DNA of 54,982 nt, taken from a virus. Lineage: Duplodnaviria; Caudoviricetes. This document shows positions 20,821-30,176 of the stretch, piece by piece (positions within the stretch are counted from its first letter, which is position 1; every line of letters begins with the position of its first letter). The DNA lies in IMG/VR virus record IMGVR_UViG_3300030329_003381, positions 1 to 54,982 of that record; one strand, 5' to 3'. A program made the translations under genes and the position numbers. The notes beneath the pieces are model-generated. The model was not told the DNA's origin. It did not search any database and saw only the letters and a program-made list of their open reading frames with translations.

Positions 20821-21318
20821 ATGGTCCATAATGAAAACGATGATATGATCTTACCACATCATGGTGTTTTTACTTTAAAAGTATTCGATAAAGACGGTAA
20901 TCTTAAACATCAACAAGAAACTGAAAATATAATTACTAATGCAGGTGTTTATGAATTAGGTGATTTATTAATAGGCGCTCATACTAATACAATAAACTAT
21001 CTCTCCTGTGGCACAGGAACTGCAGCACCGGCAGTTGGAGATACTGATCTCAATGTAACTTGCCAACAGGGAGGTAGTTCTAGTGCAGCACAAGTAAGAA
21101 AACAAGTTACTTCAAGAACAAGAACAACTAATACTTTAACCTTTTCTAGATTACTTGCATCTGGTGATTATGATAGACCAGCTACTATAAGCGAATTAGG
21201 AGTTTGGTTTGCACCTCAAGCTACTGGTGATTTGTTTGCTAGAGGTTTATTAAATACAACAGTTACACTTGCTAGTGGCGATACAGCTACATTAACTTAC
21301 GGGATTCTACTACGATGA
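20821..21318 (+). CDS. minor tail/baseplate protein
   Basis: NIITNAG..YLSCGTGTAAPAVGDTDL..TISELGVW..LFAR pattern typical of baseplate/fibre attachment proteins. Confidence 0.65.
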   Translation: MVHNENDDMILPHHGVFTLKVFDKDGNLKHQQETENIITNAGVYELGDLLIGAHTNTINYLSCGTGTAAPAVGDTDLNVTCQQGGSSSAAQVRKQVTSRTRTTNTLTFSRLLASGDYDRPATISELGVWFAPQATGDLFARGLLNTTVTLASGDTATLTYGILLR

Positions 21319-21428
21319 CCACTGTTAATTTTACTGCAAAGTATGTCACAGGAAGTACTACTACTGTCAGGCAAAAGCCAGAATATAATTTTGAATTTCC
21401 AAAAAGTCTTGTGGTGGTGATAGAGTAA
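21315..21428 (+). CDS. 37-aa micro-protein
   Basis: ATGA- and TAATG-coupled; MTTVNFTAKYVTG...; below the track cutoff. Confidence 0.5.
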   Translation: MTTVNFTAKYVTGSTTTVRQKPEYNFEFPKSLVVVIE

Positions 21429-21580
21429 TGCCTTTAATTAATAGATCCGAAGCTGAAGATACATTTGGTTCTGATGAACTACACAGTTCTGCATGTGAAT
21501 GTGGCAAGTGGTTTAATGGAGCACAAGTGATTGACGGTAAGGTTAAATGTAAAGAATGTGGCGCTGAGAAATCTGTATGA
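21428..21580 (+). CDS. 50-aa Zn-ribbon protein
   Basis: CECG...CKECG; coupled on both sides; GGTGA upstream. Confidence 0.55.
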   Translation: MPLINRSEAEDTFGSDELHSSACECGKWFNGAQVIDGKVKCKECGAEKSV

Positions 21581-23301
21581 GTAGTTCAACATTTACTGCG
21601 AAATACAATACAGCTGCAAAGTCTGATGTAGCTCAACAATTTCCTTATAAGAAAAGAGCAACATTCAGTAATATTTCTAACTGGTCAATTGTAGATAAAC
21701 TCAATGATATAAAGACGGTAAAATTTCAAATACCAAACCAACCAGAAGAAAGAATCAATGTGGTATTAGAGAGAAATATCTCTATACCTTTTTTAACTCC
21801 ATTTAAAGGAGTCATTACTAGTAAATCTCTCGGCAGGGATAAAATTTCTGTAGTTGCCAAAGAAAATGCCTGGCATCTCACTAGAAGAATATTTCGTGCA
21901 GGTAGTCTTGTAAATCATAATTCTGATAGTTATAAACTTGAAATGCAAGGTGGCAGTGCTGCTTACGTAGATGGTAAATTTGCTAAAGCTTTTAATTTCA
22001 CAGGTTCAAATGAAATACAATGTAATGCAGCTGATGAAGGTGCTTTTGACTTTGAAAATAATGCAGCATTCTCTATGGGAGGATGGATTAAATCTTCCAA
22101 TATCGGTTCCCAGCAATATCTTTATCAAAAATTAAATGGCGTTGTTGGTATTTCTATTTATTTCTCATCATCCAATCATCTATGTGTCTCTCTGTGTAAC
22201 ACTGCAAACTCTAACGAACTTAAGAAACGATATACTACAAATCTCCTAGATGGAGAATGGCATCATATTTGGATAACAAAATCTACCTCTCTCTCAGCCT
22301 CAGGGTTAAAGCTTTATGTAGATGGCGTTGAAGTTTCAACAACAACAGATGCAGATACACTTTCTGCTTCTATTTTAAATAATAATGTTTTCACTCTAGG
22401 TGGCAAAGCTGGATCTTATAGGTTCACTGGTCATATGGATGAGTGGCGAATTTATAATGTAGAACATAATAGTACAAAAGCTAAACAGGTAATGGATAAC
22501 ACCGAATCACTATCGGGTGTAGTTGCCCGTTATCCCTTTAATAGTGCTAAACTCAGTTATACTTCGACGGCGGTCAATGTGTTAGCACAATCAATTCTTG
22601 ATAAAGCAAATGAAGATATGCCAAGTGGAATGACTTGGGAACTCGGTCCAAATACCTCTACTGAGGTAGTGGATATAGAATTCAAATTTCGTAACCACTG
22701 GGAAGCACTTCAAAAGCTTGCACAAGCAGCAAAACTAGATTTATGGGCTGATAGCGAAAACCATATCATATATCTCGAAGCGTTTAGATCCAAGGGTAAA
22801 ATGTTAGATAAGGTATTAGATATTGTAGTAGAATCAACACCACATTTATCAGTAGATCAAGTTGCTAACCAAATTAATGTTTTAGGAAAAGAAGTAGGTA
22901 CCGATACTCAATTAGAGAGTATTGCACAAGCTGAAACTGACCTAAAATATACGTATGAAATGGTAGTATCTGATAGACAGATTACTAGCATGGCAGCAGC
23001 TACAGGAGCAGCTGAAAAGTTGTTAGATGAATATAAAATTCTCACACCTGTAGTTAAAGCAAAAGTTCCGTTCCAACAATACGTAAGATTCGATATGGAA
23101 ACAGGGGATGTTATCCGTATTGTAAAACCTGAACAGGAACTAGATGGCAAATTCCGTATATTGGAATTAGCTATACAAAGTGATTCAGTAGCATTGACTC
23201 TAGAGTCAAATGATACAGCTGTATCACACGTCCGATCAAGATCTATGGGAGATATATTAGGACACTTACTCCGCAAAATGAATGATAATAACATCAATTA
23301 G
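21577..23301 (+). CDS. baseplate hub/Tal-like protein with an inserted LamG domain
   Basis: LamG motifs FSMGGWIK, DGEWHHI, LKLYVDG, FTGHMDEWRIYN; hub motifs VANQINVLG, ETGDVIRI. Confidence 0.75.
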   Translation: MSSSTFTAKYNTAAKSDVAQQFPYKKRATFSNISNWSIVDKLNDIKTVKFQIPNQPEERINVVLERNISIPFLTPFKGVITSKSLGRDKISVVAKENAWHLTRRIFRAGSLVNHNSDSYKLEMQGGSAAYVDGKFAKAFNFTGSNEIQCNAADEGAFDFENNAAFSMGGWIKSSNIGSQQYLYQKLNGVVGISIYFSSSNHLCVSLCNTANSNELKKRYTTNLLDGEWHHIWITKSTSLSASGLKLYVDGVEVSTTTDADTLSASILNNNVFTLGGKAGSYRFTGHMDEWRIYNVEHNSTKAKQVMDNTESLSGVVARYPFNSAKLSYTSTAVNVLAQSILDKANEDMPSGMTWELGPNTSTEVVDIEFKFRNHWEALQKLAQAAKLDLWADSENHIIYLEAFRSKGKMLDKVLDIVVESTPHLSVDQVANQINVLGKEVGTDTQLESIAQAETDLKYTYEMVVSDRQITSMAAATGAAEKLLDEYKILTPVVKAKVPFQQYVRFDMETGDVIRIVKPEQELDGKFRILELAIQSDSVALTLESNDTAVSHVRSRSMGDILGHLLRKMNDNNIN

Positions 23302-23305
23302 GTGA

Positions 23306-23605
23306 TTGAATATGAGTTTTGAACAATTGATACTCCAAGGCACAGTCGGTATCGGTATGGGAGCTTTAATAGCTGTCGCTGGATATCTTGCAACTGCTGC
23401 AGAATCTTGGAATAATAGAAAATTCGCATACTCTGTAATCATTGGTGTCTTTACCTCATTTACTGTAATTTCTGGCTTAGGTCAAGAAATCACAACAAGT
23501 AACTTTATTCCAACATTACTATCTATTGCTGGTGTAAGTTTCTTTGCTAACAAAGGTATCAAGACAGCTTTGAGAGTACGCGGACACGACGACGAATTAT
23601 ACTAG
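23306..23605 (+). CDS. holin-like membrane protein
   Basis: Three hydrophobic segments and a charged C-terminus; last gene of the late operon. Confidence 0.55.
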   Translation: MNMSFEQLILQGTVGIGMGALIAVAGYLATAAESWNNRKFAYSVIIGVFTSFTVISGLGQEITTSNFIPTLLSIAGVSFFANKGIKTALRVRGHDDELY

Positions 23606-23725
23606 TCAGAGTTACTCCCGACGTTAATGGGACTCCCCTTACCTCATTAACAAAAGCAGGGTAGTGTGAGTATGCACACTTGAAAAAGAAGACTGGTGTT
23701 ACGAGCCAGCCCTGCTTCTTTTTTA
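23604..23725 (+). ncRNA. candidate structured RNA / structured late-operon 3' end
   Basis: Hairpin 23623-23651, then a three-way junction closed by AAGCAGGG/CCCTGCTT (23654-23717), then a T-tract. Confidence 0.4.
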
Positions 23726-23832
23726 TCCTTTATTTTCGTATTCAGAAATTAATCTTTTAAAAACTCTAAGTCTGTAATCTTGAGTTATACTAGGAAGTAA
23801 ACGTTTCCACAAAATAAATCGAAAATTTTCAT

Positions 23833-24066
23833 TCAAAATATTATCTCCATTAATTGTGATCCAAATGATTCAAAGGTGGATACGCAAGGAACATATCCAA
23901 TCAGTATTGTCTGCTCCATTCGTTCTAGAACCTTCTGTCCCATTGTACTTCCTCTTCCAAAATCCAAATATATCAAATACATTATTCCAACTATACCTAA
24001 AGATAGAATAGTTCCAGGTGTAAGTTTAAAAGTTTCCGAGTTTACCATAGTCCCAGTCATCTTCAA
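23833..24066 (-). CDS. hypothetical membrane protein
   Basis: 77 aa with one hydrophobic segment; codirectional with the - strand block. Confidence 0.4.
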   Translation of the reverse strand: MKMTGTMVNSETFKLTPGTILSLGIVGIMYLIYLDFGRGSTMGQKVLERMEQTILIGYVPCVSTFESFGSQLMEIIF

Positions 24067-24228
24067 ATCTCTTTGTCTTCATACATTACGGACATGGGTT
24101 AGTCATCCCCATATTTGGTGTGAAACAATCCTTAATAGGATGTGTATCTGCTGGTGTATTATGTGAAGCTATAAACATAACTAAAATAAATACAAGAACA
24201 ATTGGTACTAGATAGAATAAATTAAAGT

Positions 24229-24372
24229 TCAAAATTTTGCTCCGCAACCTACACAAGTAGAATATCCTTTTGAATGACCGTCATTCTTTCCCCAAGTCCA
24301 CTTATAACCTTGTTTCTTTTTACATTTAGGGCAAGGTTCAATTGGATAATTACCTGAACCCCAATCACTCAT
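24229..24372 (-). CDS. 47-aa Zn-ribbon protein
   Basis: MSDWGSGNYPIEPCPKC...STCVGCGAKF; ATGA-coupled; below the cutoff. Confidence 0.6.
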   Translation of the reverse strand: MSDWGSGNYPIEPCPKCKKKQGYKWTWGKNDGHSKGYSTCVGCGAKF

Positions 24373-24665
24373 TTATCATCTAACTCATGTACTTCTTTAA
24401 TATCTTCATCAGATACCCATACCCATTTACCTTTATCATTCTTTGCAATAGGTTTTTTAGGTTTCTTTTTCTCTTGTATCTGATTAAGAAATATCATTGC
24501 ATTAGCTAAAGTATATAATAATCTGGTCTTTTCACTTCCTTGAGCACCAACTAATTCAGCTTGAATTGAATCTGCCCAAGCTTGTATCTCAGCATCATTA
24601 GGTAGGAGAAATTCTTCTTTTTCTAATAATCCACCTAGATTCTTAAACCAACTTCCTAATCCCAT
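24369..24665 (-). CDS. hypothetical protein
   Basis: 98-aa ORF with GGTGA upstream on the - strand. Confidence 0.6.
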   Translation of the reverse strand: MGLGSWFKNLGGLLEKEEFLLPNDAEIQAWADSIQAELVGAQGSEKTRLLYTLANAMIFLNQIQEKKKPKKPIAKNDKGKWVWVSDEDIKEVHELDDK

Positions 24666-24781
24666 CTTCCGTCACCTTTCTTTCTTCTGCTTTCTTTCCA
24701 CTTTGGTATATAATAACCTATCGTGAGCCCACCGAAGAAATAGGCCATACAAATTAATGTAAATCCTAAATCACCGATCAT
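24656..24781 (-). CDS. 41-aa single-TM micro-protein
   Basis: MIGDLGFTLICMAYFFGGLTIGYYIPKWKESRRKKGDGRWD; ATGA-coupled to the MCM-like gene. Confidence 0.55.
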   Translation of the reverse strand: MIGDLGFTLICMAYFFGGLTIGYYIPKWKESRRKKGDGRWD

Positions 24782-25923
24782 TTCTTATCCCTAATGGCTA
24801 CTATATCACCATTAACTTCTTTCTTTACCCATTTCAATTTAATCAAAGTCATAATTAAATCAGATGCATCTTGCCAATCCATACCAAAGTCCAATAAATG
24901 ATTCTTTAGTTTTAATTCACTTATTCTACCTACATCTTGTACTAAGGCCCATACTTGTGCTAATTGTGTTCCTCTTTTAATCTTAAATCTATCTCCTTTC
25001 TCATTATCAAATAAAGCATCTAGTGTAGGATCCATTTTAATTGTCAAAGTCTTTGGCATTTCTTTTACTTTCATAAGCCAATACCCTAGGGCAATTCGTT
25101 CATATAATGGTTCTTCATAATGTACTACATCTAATTCATCAAGCTTTTTATAAATAGTTCTATCAAATTCTACCTTTTCTAATTTTTTCATAATATCATC
25201 ATATCGGGTATTAATAGCAGCTTTAAGTTTACTTAATGTTAAAGTATTAGTCTTTACATTCTTACTACTTCTTCTATTCAATTTGAATTGTTTGATATCA
25301 TTAAAGTTAGGAATAAGTAATAGGAATAAGAATCTTCTAGCTAAACCACTGCTCAATTCATATCTTGCAGGTTGAACTCCAGTCCACAAAGAAAGGTTAG
25401 TTTGATATTCTATTTTACCTGCGGCTAATCTTTTCCTAACCATTCCCGAGTCTAATGCTGTAAGCAAAGCTGTATCCAATCCTGCATTATAATTTTGACT
25501 TACTGCAGCAGATATAGCTGAAAACTCTTCTATTCCTACTATACTATTACTTTCATTTCTACATAAACCAGGTGACTCTTGCGCTACACCTTCGGAATTA
25601 AATTTAGCAGTTCCTACAAATCCTGCTTCGGACATTTGTGATTCAAAAGTACAACCAACTTTAGTTCCTTTTACTAGACTTAATTCATTTTCTAAAAATT
25701 GTCTAAGCCAAAATGATTTACCGAAACCTGGAACCGTAACAAGAATAATATGTTGTCTAGTGTTAACTTTCAAACCAGCTTCTGTATAAATGCCTTTTTG
25801 CTGATTCATGATATTAAATATGTGACAACCTAAAGAAGAAATATAGTACGGTGGAAACTTTCTAGCATAGGCTACATTCCTGGCCTCTAATTCATTTAAT
25901 ATTGCTTCATATACATCAGTCAT
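24778..25923 (-). CDS. MCM-like AAA+ ATPase (putative replicative helicase, N-terminally reduced)
   Basis: HIILVTVPGFGKS (Walker A), SEAGFVG, IVGIEEF (Walker B), LLTALDSG, LARRF (Arg finger), C-terminal wHTH. Confidence 0.75.
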   Translation of the reverse strand: MTDVYEAILNELEARNVAYARKFPPYYISSLGCHIFNIMNQQKGIYTEAGLKVNTRQHIILVTVPGFGKSFWLRQFLENELSLVKGTKVGCTFESQMSEAGFVGTAKFNSEGVAQESPGLCRNESNSIVGIEEFSAISAAVSQNYNAGLDTALLTALDSGMVRKRLAAGKIEYQTNLSLWTGVQPARYELSSGLARRFLFLLLIPNFNDIKQFKLNRRSSKNVKTNTLTLSKLKAAINTRYDDIMKKLEKVEFDRTIYKKLDELDVVHYEEPLYERIALGYWLMKVKEMPKTLTIKMDPTLDALFDNEKGDRFKIKRGTQLAQVWALVQDVGRISELKLKNHLLDFGMDWQDASDLIMTLIKLKWVKKEVNGDIVAIRDKK

Positions 25924-26036
25924 CTTATTATCACTTCTATTCCCATTATTGCAAAAGTAGTTACTAGCATTACTGGTACGGTGATTGCTGGGATAATTAT
26001 CACATATAATTGTGGATATTTTTTAAACAGATTCAT
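25920..26036 (-). CDS. 38-aa single-TM micro-protein
   Basis: MNLFKKYPQLYVIIIPAITVPVMLVTTFAIMGIEVIIR; ATGA-coupled on both sides. Confidence 0.55.
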   Translation of the reverse strand: MNLFKKYPQLYVIIIPAITVPVMLVTTFAIMGIEVIIR

Positions 26037-26713
26037 TTCGATATCACATTATCCAACATGAATCGAATTCTTTGTAATCTACTTGGACCAATTCCTGGAA
26101 CTTTAAGCAATTCATCATCATCAGCATTCACTATACATCTTACTGTAGAAAATCTATCTAAAAGATTTTGTGCGACATCAGTCGGAACATTTAATAATAA
26201 TTTAACCACTTCTCTTTGTGGGTTTTCAGTTCGTTTTATTCTTCTATCTTTAATCTGATCCAGCTTCCCTTCTGCAATCTTTTTCAAGAGTTTCGTAGCC
26301 ACCATCAAACCATCATTATGTGGATCAGAATAACCATCTTGTATCCAAATTACACTTCTCAATCCAAATCTAACTATTGCACTTGCAATTGCTCCTTGAA
26401 CGTGTTCTTCGGTTATCTTGCTCTTCTTGTAATACTTTTCTACTTCTTTGTAACTACCTGTAATAAGTAAAATTGGTATAGGCTCTGAAGCTAATCGTTT
26501 TAATTGATCTTCTAATCTACCTGATAGAAGACTTTGCATAAAATCAGAAATTGCTTTTCTTTCTATTGTAACTTTACCATCATCAGCATAAGCTGCATAG
26601 TCACCACATGATAAAGCTTTTACTGTAAATTCTATTCCATTGTGTTTAAGTAAAGTTCTTTGTTTAACTTTTTCTCTGGAATCAACAACAATCTCTATGT
26701 CTTTTGCGGCCAT
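26033..26713 (-). CDS. ERCC4/XPF-family structure-specific nuclease with HhH
   Basis: IVVDSRE, GDY, IERKAISDF..GRLEDQ; HhH LLKVPGIG. Confidence 0.92.
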   Translation of the reverse strand: MAAKDIEIVVDSREKVKQRTLLKHNGIEFTVKALSCGDYAAYADDGKVTIERKAISDFMQSLLSGRLEDQLKRLASEPIPILLITGSYKEVEKYYKKSKITEEHVQGAIASAIVRFGLRSVIWIQDGYSDPHNDGLMVATKLLKKIAEGKLDQIKDRRIKRTENPQREVVKLLLNVPTDVAQNLLDRFSTVRCIVNADDDELLKVPGIGPSRLQRIRFMLDNVISK

Positions 26714-27435
26714 GTTTCTACTCCTTCATCATAAGCGATTGGATCTTTAATTCCTGCCTGACCGAAACCTAAGAGTCTGTATTCACAACTTGGACATTTG
26801 CCACAAGCTTTCATTCCACCTCGATAACAAGACCAAGTCTTATCCCAAGGTACTCCTACTTCCTCTCCTAATCTAACTACATCTGCTTTTGTAAGATACA
26901 CAATTGGTGCATGTACAAAAATATCATTTGTATGTGTTTTGATTACTTCGTTTACTTTTGCTATGTATTCTGGTCTGCAATCCGGATAACCAGAATAATC
27001 AATAATATTAGCACCATAAAAGATATCAGTATATCCCCATGACTGTGCATATCCAGCTGCAATGGCTAACATTATAGTATTTCTAAATGGTACATAAGTT
27101 GGTGGAACATCTGAAGTTGCACCATCTGGTATTTCAATATCAGAATCTTTACTCAAAGCTGTAACAAAATTACTTGCTAGATTATTCAAGTCAATTGTTT
27201 TCACATCAGCTTGATATTCCCAACCAACTTCTCTAGCACATATAATTTCTTTACTATGGGTCTGACCATAATCAAAAGTTATACAACCTACTTCTCTAGA
27301 ACAAGATTTAGCTAGTCCTAAACAAGTTGCACTATCCATTCCACCAGATATTATTACTAGTGTCTTAGACAAGTTCAACTTTCTTGAAGTCGACATAACT
27401 TCACTTGTTGATTTACCCCATTCCATAAAATTCAT
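26695..27435 (-). CDS. queC: 7-cyano-7-deazaguanine synthase
   Basis: SGGMDS, FDYGQTH, TYVPFRN, YSGYPDCR, TWSCY..CGKCPSC. Confidence 0.97.
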   Translation of the reverse strand: MNFMEWGKSTSEVMSTSRKLNLSKTLVIISGGMDSATCLGLAKSCSREVGCITFDYGQTHSKEIICAREVGWEYQADVKTIDLNNLASNFVTALSKDSDIEIPDGATSDVPPTYVPFRNTIMLAIAAGYAQSWGYTDIFYGANIIDYSGYPDCRPEYIAKVNEVIKTHTNDIFVHAPIVYLTKADVVRLGEEVGVPWDKTWSCYRGGMKACGKCPSCEYRLLGFGQAGIKDPIAYDEGVETWPQKT

Positions 27436-27671
27436 TAGTATAACTCCATTCCTATTTTACACATAGGACAAACTGTTTTTCCATCTACTTGTTTCATTTC
27501 TTTTGGACAAAAGTCACCAGGACATTCATCACATCTTTGCAGATGAGAACTGAAACATCCTTTACAACCTTCCATTCCGCATCCCGCACAATCTTCTATA
27601 CAATACTGACAAAGAACAATCCCACATTTACTGCATAGCACTGTATGTTCACAATGTCTGACATCAGTCAT
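27435..27671 (-). CDS. Cys-rich multi-Zn-finger protein
   Basis: Repeated CxxC pairs; sits between folE and queC. Confidence 0.6.
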   Translation of the reverse strand: MTDVRHCEHTVLCSKCGIVLCQYCIEDCAGCGMEGCKGCFSSHLQRCDECPGDFCPKEMKQVDGKTVCPMCKIGMELY

Positions 27672-28252
27672 TACGCCTTTCCTAGATTAAGCAAATCTAA
27701 AAATTCTTGTCGAGGATTAAATCCTTCTGGTGGCTTTGCAAATACACCTGTTAAACTACTTGTAGTAGTTACTGTCTCAGGTTGTTTTACGCCTCGAGCA
27801 CGCATACAGTTGTGAATGCCTTTACAAACAACCATTACCCCTTTACAATTCAAACCTTTGTGTAAAACGTTTGCCAACTCAGAAGTATAATCCTCTTGTA
27901 TCCAAGGATATCTTGCAAGATCAATAGCAATACGTGAGAGTTTTGAAAGTCCTATTGCTTTTCCTTCTGGAACATATCCTATGTATACGTCGTATTCTAT
28001 CAACAACATATGATGTGGACACATTGAAAACGTTTTAATTGGGTCTTGTACCACTAAGCCATTATTAATTGTTGGGAATGTAGCTTTAAAATGATCACAC
28101 AATGATTCATCGATTTGTTTTTTAGACAAACCTTGATAAACTGCGAGCCATTTAGCAAATCGTTTTGGCGTGTCATTAAAGTTGATATCTCCACCCCAAC
28201 CCATGACATCAACTAATTCTTCGATTAGTCTTTCTATCTTTTCGGTTTTCAT
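27671..28252 (-). CDS. folE: GTP cyclohydrolase I
   Basis: TPKRF, SMCPHH, IGLSKLSRI, IQE, HNCMRARGV; ATG at 28252 overlaps the queE stop (track start 28297). Confidence 0.95.
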   Translation of the reverse strand: MKTEKIERLIEELVDVMGWGGDINFNDTPKRFAKWLAVYQGLSKKQIDESLCDHFKATFPTINNGLVVQDPIKTFSMCPHHMLLIEYDVYIGYVPEGKAIGLSKLSRIAIDLARYPWIQEDYTSELANVLHKGLNCKGVMVVCKGIHNCMRARGVKQPETVTTTSSLTGVFAKPPEGFNPRQEFLDLLNLGKA

Positions 28253-29139
28253 ATCCCGTCCATTTCTCCTGGCCAATATATTTTGTGAAGTTGACATAAT
28301 ACTCTACAATTATTTGTGTGAACTGAGTTTAAAAACGTTTCGGCGAACTCAGCATAGGACAACCATCCTTTGGGCAATTTACCCGCCTCATGTGCCGGCT
28401 GTTGAAACTTTTCAAGATACAGACTATAATCCCTTAAAGTCTCTGCGTATTCTTTATTCTTTTTAACTTCAGCTTCTGACCACATGACAGGTTGAATCGT
28501 AACGTTAATAGGATCGAAGAATTTAATTTGGTTCAAAGCATATGTAATATCTTCTTTAGTTTTTGCTATAGCCATTTTAAATTCAATTTTATTTCTTAAA
28601 GTTTCATTTTCTATACAAGCACCAATAAATTCATTCTGTACTGTTTGATCTCCTTTAAATGCTCTACTAGCTGGAGGTTTTAAATCAATAGTAATGAAAT
28701 CTAATTTATCAAGTAATGGAACATATACTTCTTCTCCTGCTGTAATCATATGCCATATCTTTTTATGATTAGGATTTCTCTTTTCAAACCATTCTATGAA
28801 ATGCAATATATCTTTTGAGAACTCTGTTGGTTCACCACCAGTCCACCAAATACGATCTACATTCCAAAACTCTTTCATAAACATTTCTTCCAAGTCTTCA
28901 AATGTATATCTTGTACCTAAAGGTTTACTATTTTTCTTTCCAGGCCAAGTAGACATTGCATCACACCAGGAACAGCCTACATTGCATCCTTGAAATCTGA
29001 CAAAGATACAGCTTTGTCCTATAAAATTACCTTCACCATTAATTGTAGGATAAGGTCTTTCATATAAATATAAAGCCTCTTCTCCCCAGCCTAATGGTTT
29101 TTCAATCACATTCGTTTGATTCTTCATTTTCATCTTCAT
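28249..29139 (-). CDS. queE: 7-carboxy-7-deazaguanine synthase (radical SAM)
   Basis: TINGEG..G..CIFVRFQGCNVGCSWCD, TGGEP, TIDLKPP, QLHKI. Confidence 0.92.
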   Translation of the reverse strand: MKMKMKNQTNVIEKPLGWGEEALYLYERPYPTINGEGNFIGQSCIFVRFQGCNVGCSWCDAMSTWPGKKNSKPLGTRYTFEDLEEMFMKEFWNVDRIWWTGGEPTEFSKDILHFIEWFEKRNPNHKKIWHMITAGEEVYVPLLDKLDFITIDLKPPASRAFKGDQTVQNEFIGACIENETLRNKIEFKMAIAKTKEDITYALNQIKFFDPINVTIQPVMWSEAEVKKNKEYAETLRDYSLYLEKFQQPAHEAGKLPKGWLSYAEFAETFLNSVHTNNCRVLCQLHKIYWPGEMDGI

Positions 29140-29236
29140 CTCTTAACCATGCCCATTCTGGTCTTTCTTTCATCTCAAAGCAGTTCCACAATGCAAGCAT
29201 CTCAAAACTTCTTCGCTCCAATCTACTCCACAATGA

Positions 29237-29446
29237 TTAACGGTATTGTTTGTTTGGGTTGTTGGGCCATTGTCCGGTGACAATATCTTTTCCAGCTTGC
29301 CATTCAGGACTTCCTCTTTCAACACTGATTCTACCTTTCCCGGAACATCTTCTACAGTTGGCGATCGTGACTCTTCCAATTTCATCTCGTCTCCGATATT
29401 GACCAGTTCCTTTGCAAGTATGACACCAAACATTTTCTTTGCTCAA
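29237..29446 (-). CDS. DnaJ-type CxxCxGxG Zn-finger protein
   Basis: CHTCKGTG and CRRCSGKG; TTG start overlaps the queD stop. Confidence 0.65.
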   Translation of the reverse strand: MSKENVWCHTCKGTGQYRRRDEIGRVTIANCRRCSGKGRISVERGSPEWQAGKDIVTGQWPNNPNKQYR

Positions 29447-29817
29447 ACTTCAATACCATACTTTCCAGTCTCCCAAATTCGTAAGCCCACTTTCGCGTCT
29501 TTATGTTTAAGTAATAATTCGACTTGGATTAATTTTTGTAATTCTTTTACTAGAGTTTCTGTATCCATTCCACCAATGTATCTAATTTTATTTTTAGACT
29601 CATCTGGTTCGCCTAAATGATCTAAACTTCCCAACACTGCTACTTTAATGTCTTTAAAGTCGACCCAATCTTTCGTCTTAACTCTAACTTCTAAATATGC
29701 ATCTAAATGATTATGTGGTTTAAGACAAGCCTTGTCAACTAATTCAGGTCGGTCTTTAGCTATGAAATGTCTAAAACTAAACGTAGTTTTAAATAAACGA
29801 GTATAGTTAATAGCCAT
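29443..29817 (-). CDS. queD: 6-carboxytetrahydropterin synthase, divergent
   Basis: FSFRH, C..PHNH (HGH variant), VDFKDIK, LDH, TETL, IWET; adjacent to queE. Confidence 0.8.
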   Translation of the reverse strand: MAINYTRLFKTTFSFRHFIAKDRPELVDKACLKPHNHLDAYLEVRVKTKDWVDFKDIKVAVLGSLDHLGEPDESKNKIRYIGGMDTETLVKELQKLIQVELLLKHKDAKVGLRIWETGKYGIEV

Positions 29818-29822
29818 CTCCT

Positions 29823-30176
29823 TTACCTCCCTTCTTCTTCTTCTTTCGTTTCATAGTCATCTTTCCATACACCTTCTACTTGCTCTAATTCCCCTTTCAC
29901 GGATAATATTGCATATCCTAGTCTTACATAATTCAAAAGATCTAACCAGTTATCTTTTATAGACTCGTGATTTGGTTCTTTTGCATTAGGAGAATATAAG
30001 CTTAATAATCTATTTAAATGTTTATTCATAAAAGTATAGGCACTATACCATCCAAATGGGAACATATCCGATATGTCAACTGATCCGCTATTGTAATCCT
30101 GATCTTTTGAACCGAAAAGCAAAGCGTCAGCCTCATCAGTCATTTCAGCTATTTTCTTCCTTACTTCGTCATCCAT
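29823..30176 (-). CDS. DUF1599/Nmad1-like nucleotide-modification-associated protein (MazG-like fold)
   Basis: K.QDY...K..RL...NHESIKDNWLDLLNY signature. Confidence 0.7.
   Translation of the reverse strand: MDDEVRKKIAEMTDEADALLFGSKDQDYNSGSVDISDMFPFGWYSAYTFMNKHLNRLLSLYSPNAKEPNHESIKDNWLDLLNYVRLGYAILSVKGELEQVEGVWKDDYETKEEEEGR

Noticed and set aside
2199-23297. Many - strand ORFs inside the structural genes, and + strand ORFs inside the replication block
   Set aside because: Shadow frames fully overlapping well-supported genes, with no motifs or RBS
29170-29433. 87-aa ORF overlapping the DnaJ-type finger gene
   Set aside because: The alternative frame 29237-29446 has clear CxxCxGxG motifs and coupling; only the short Cys-containing tail of this ORF might be real
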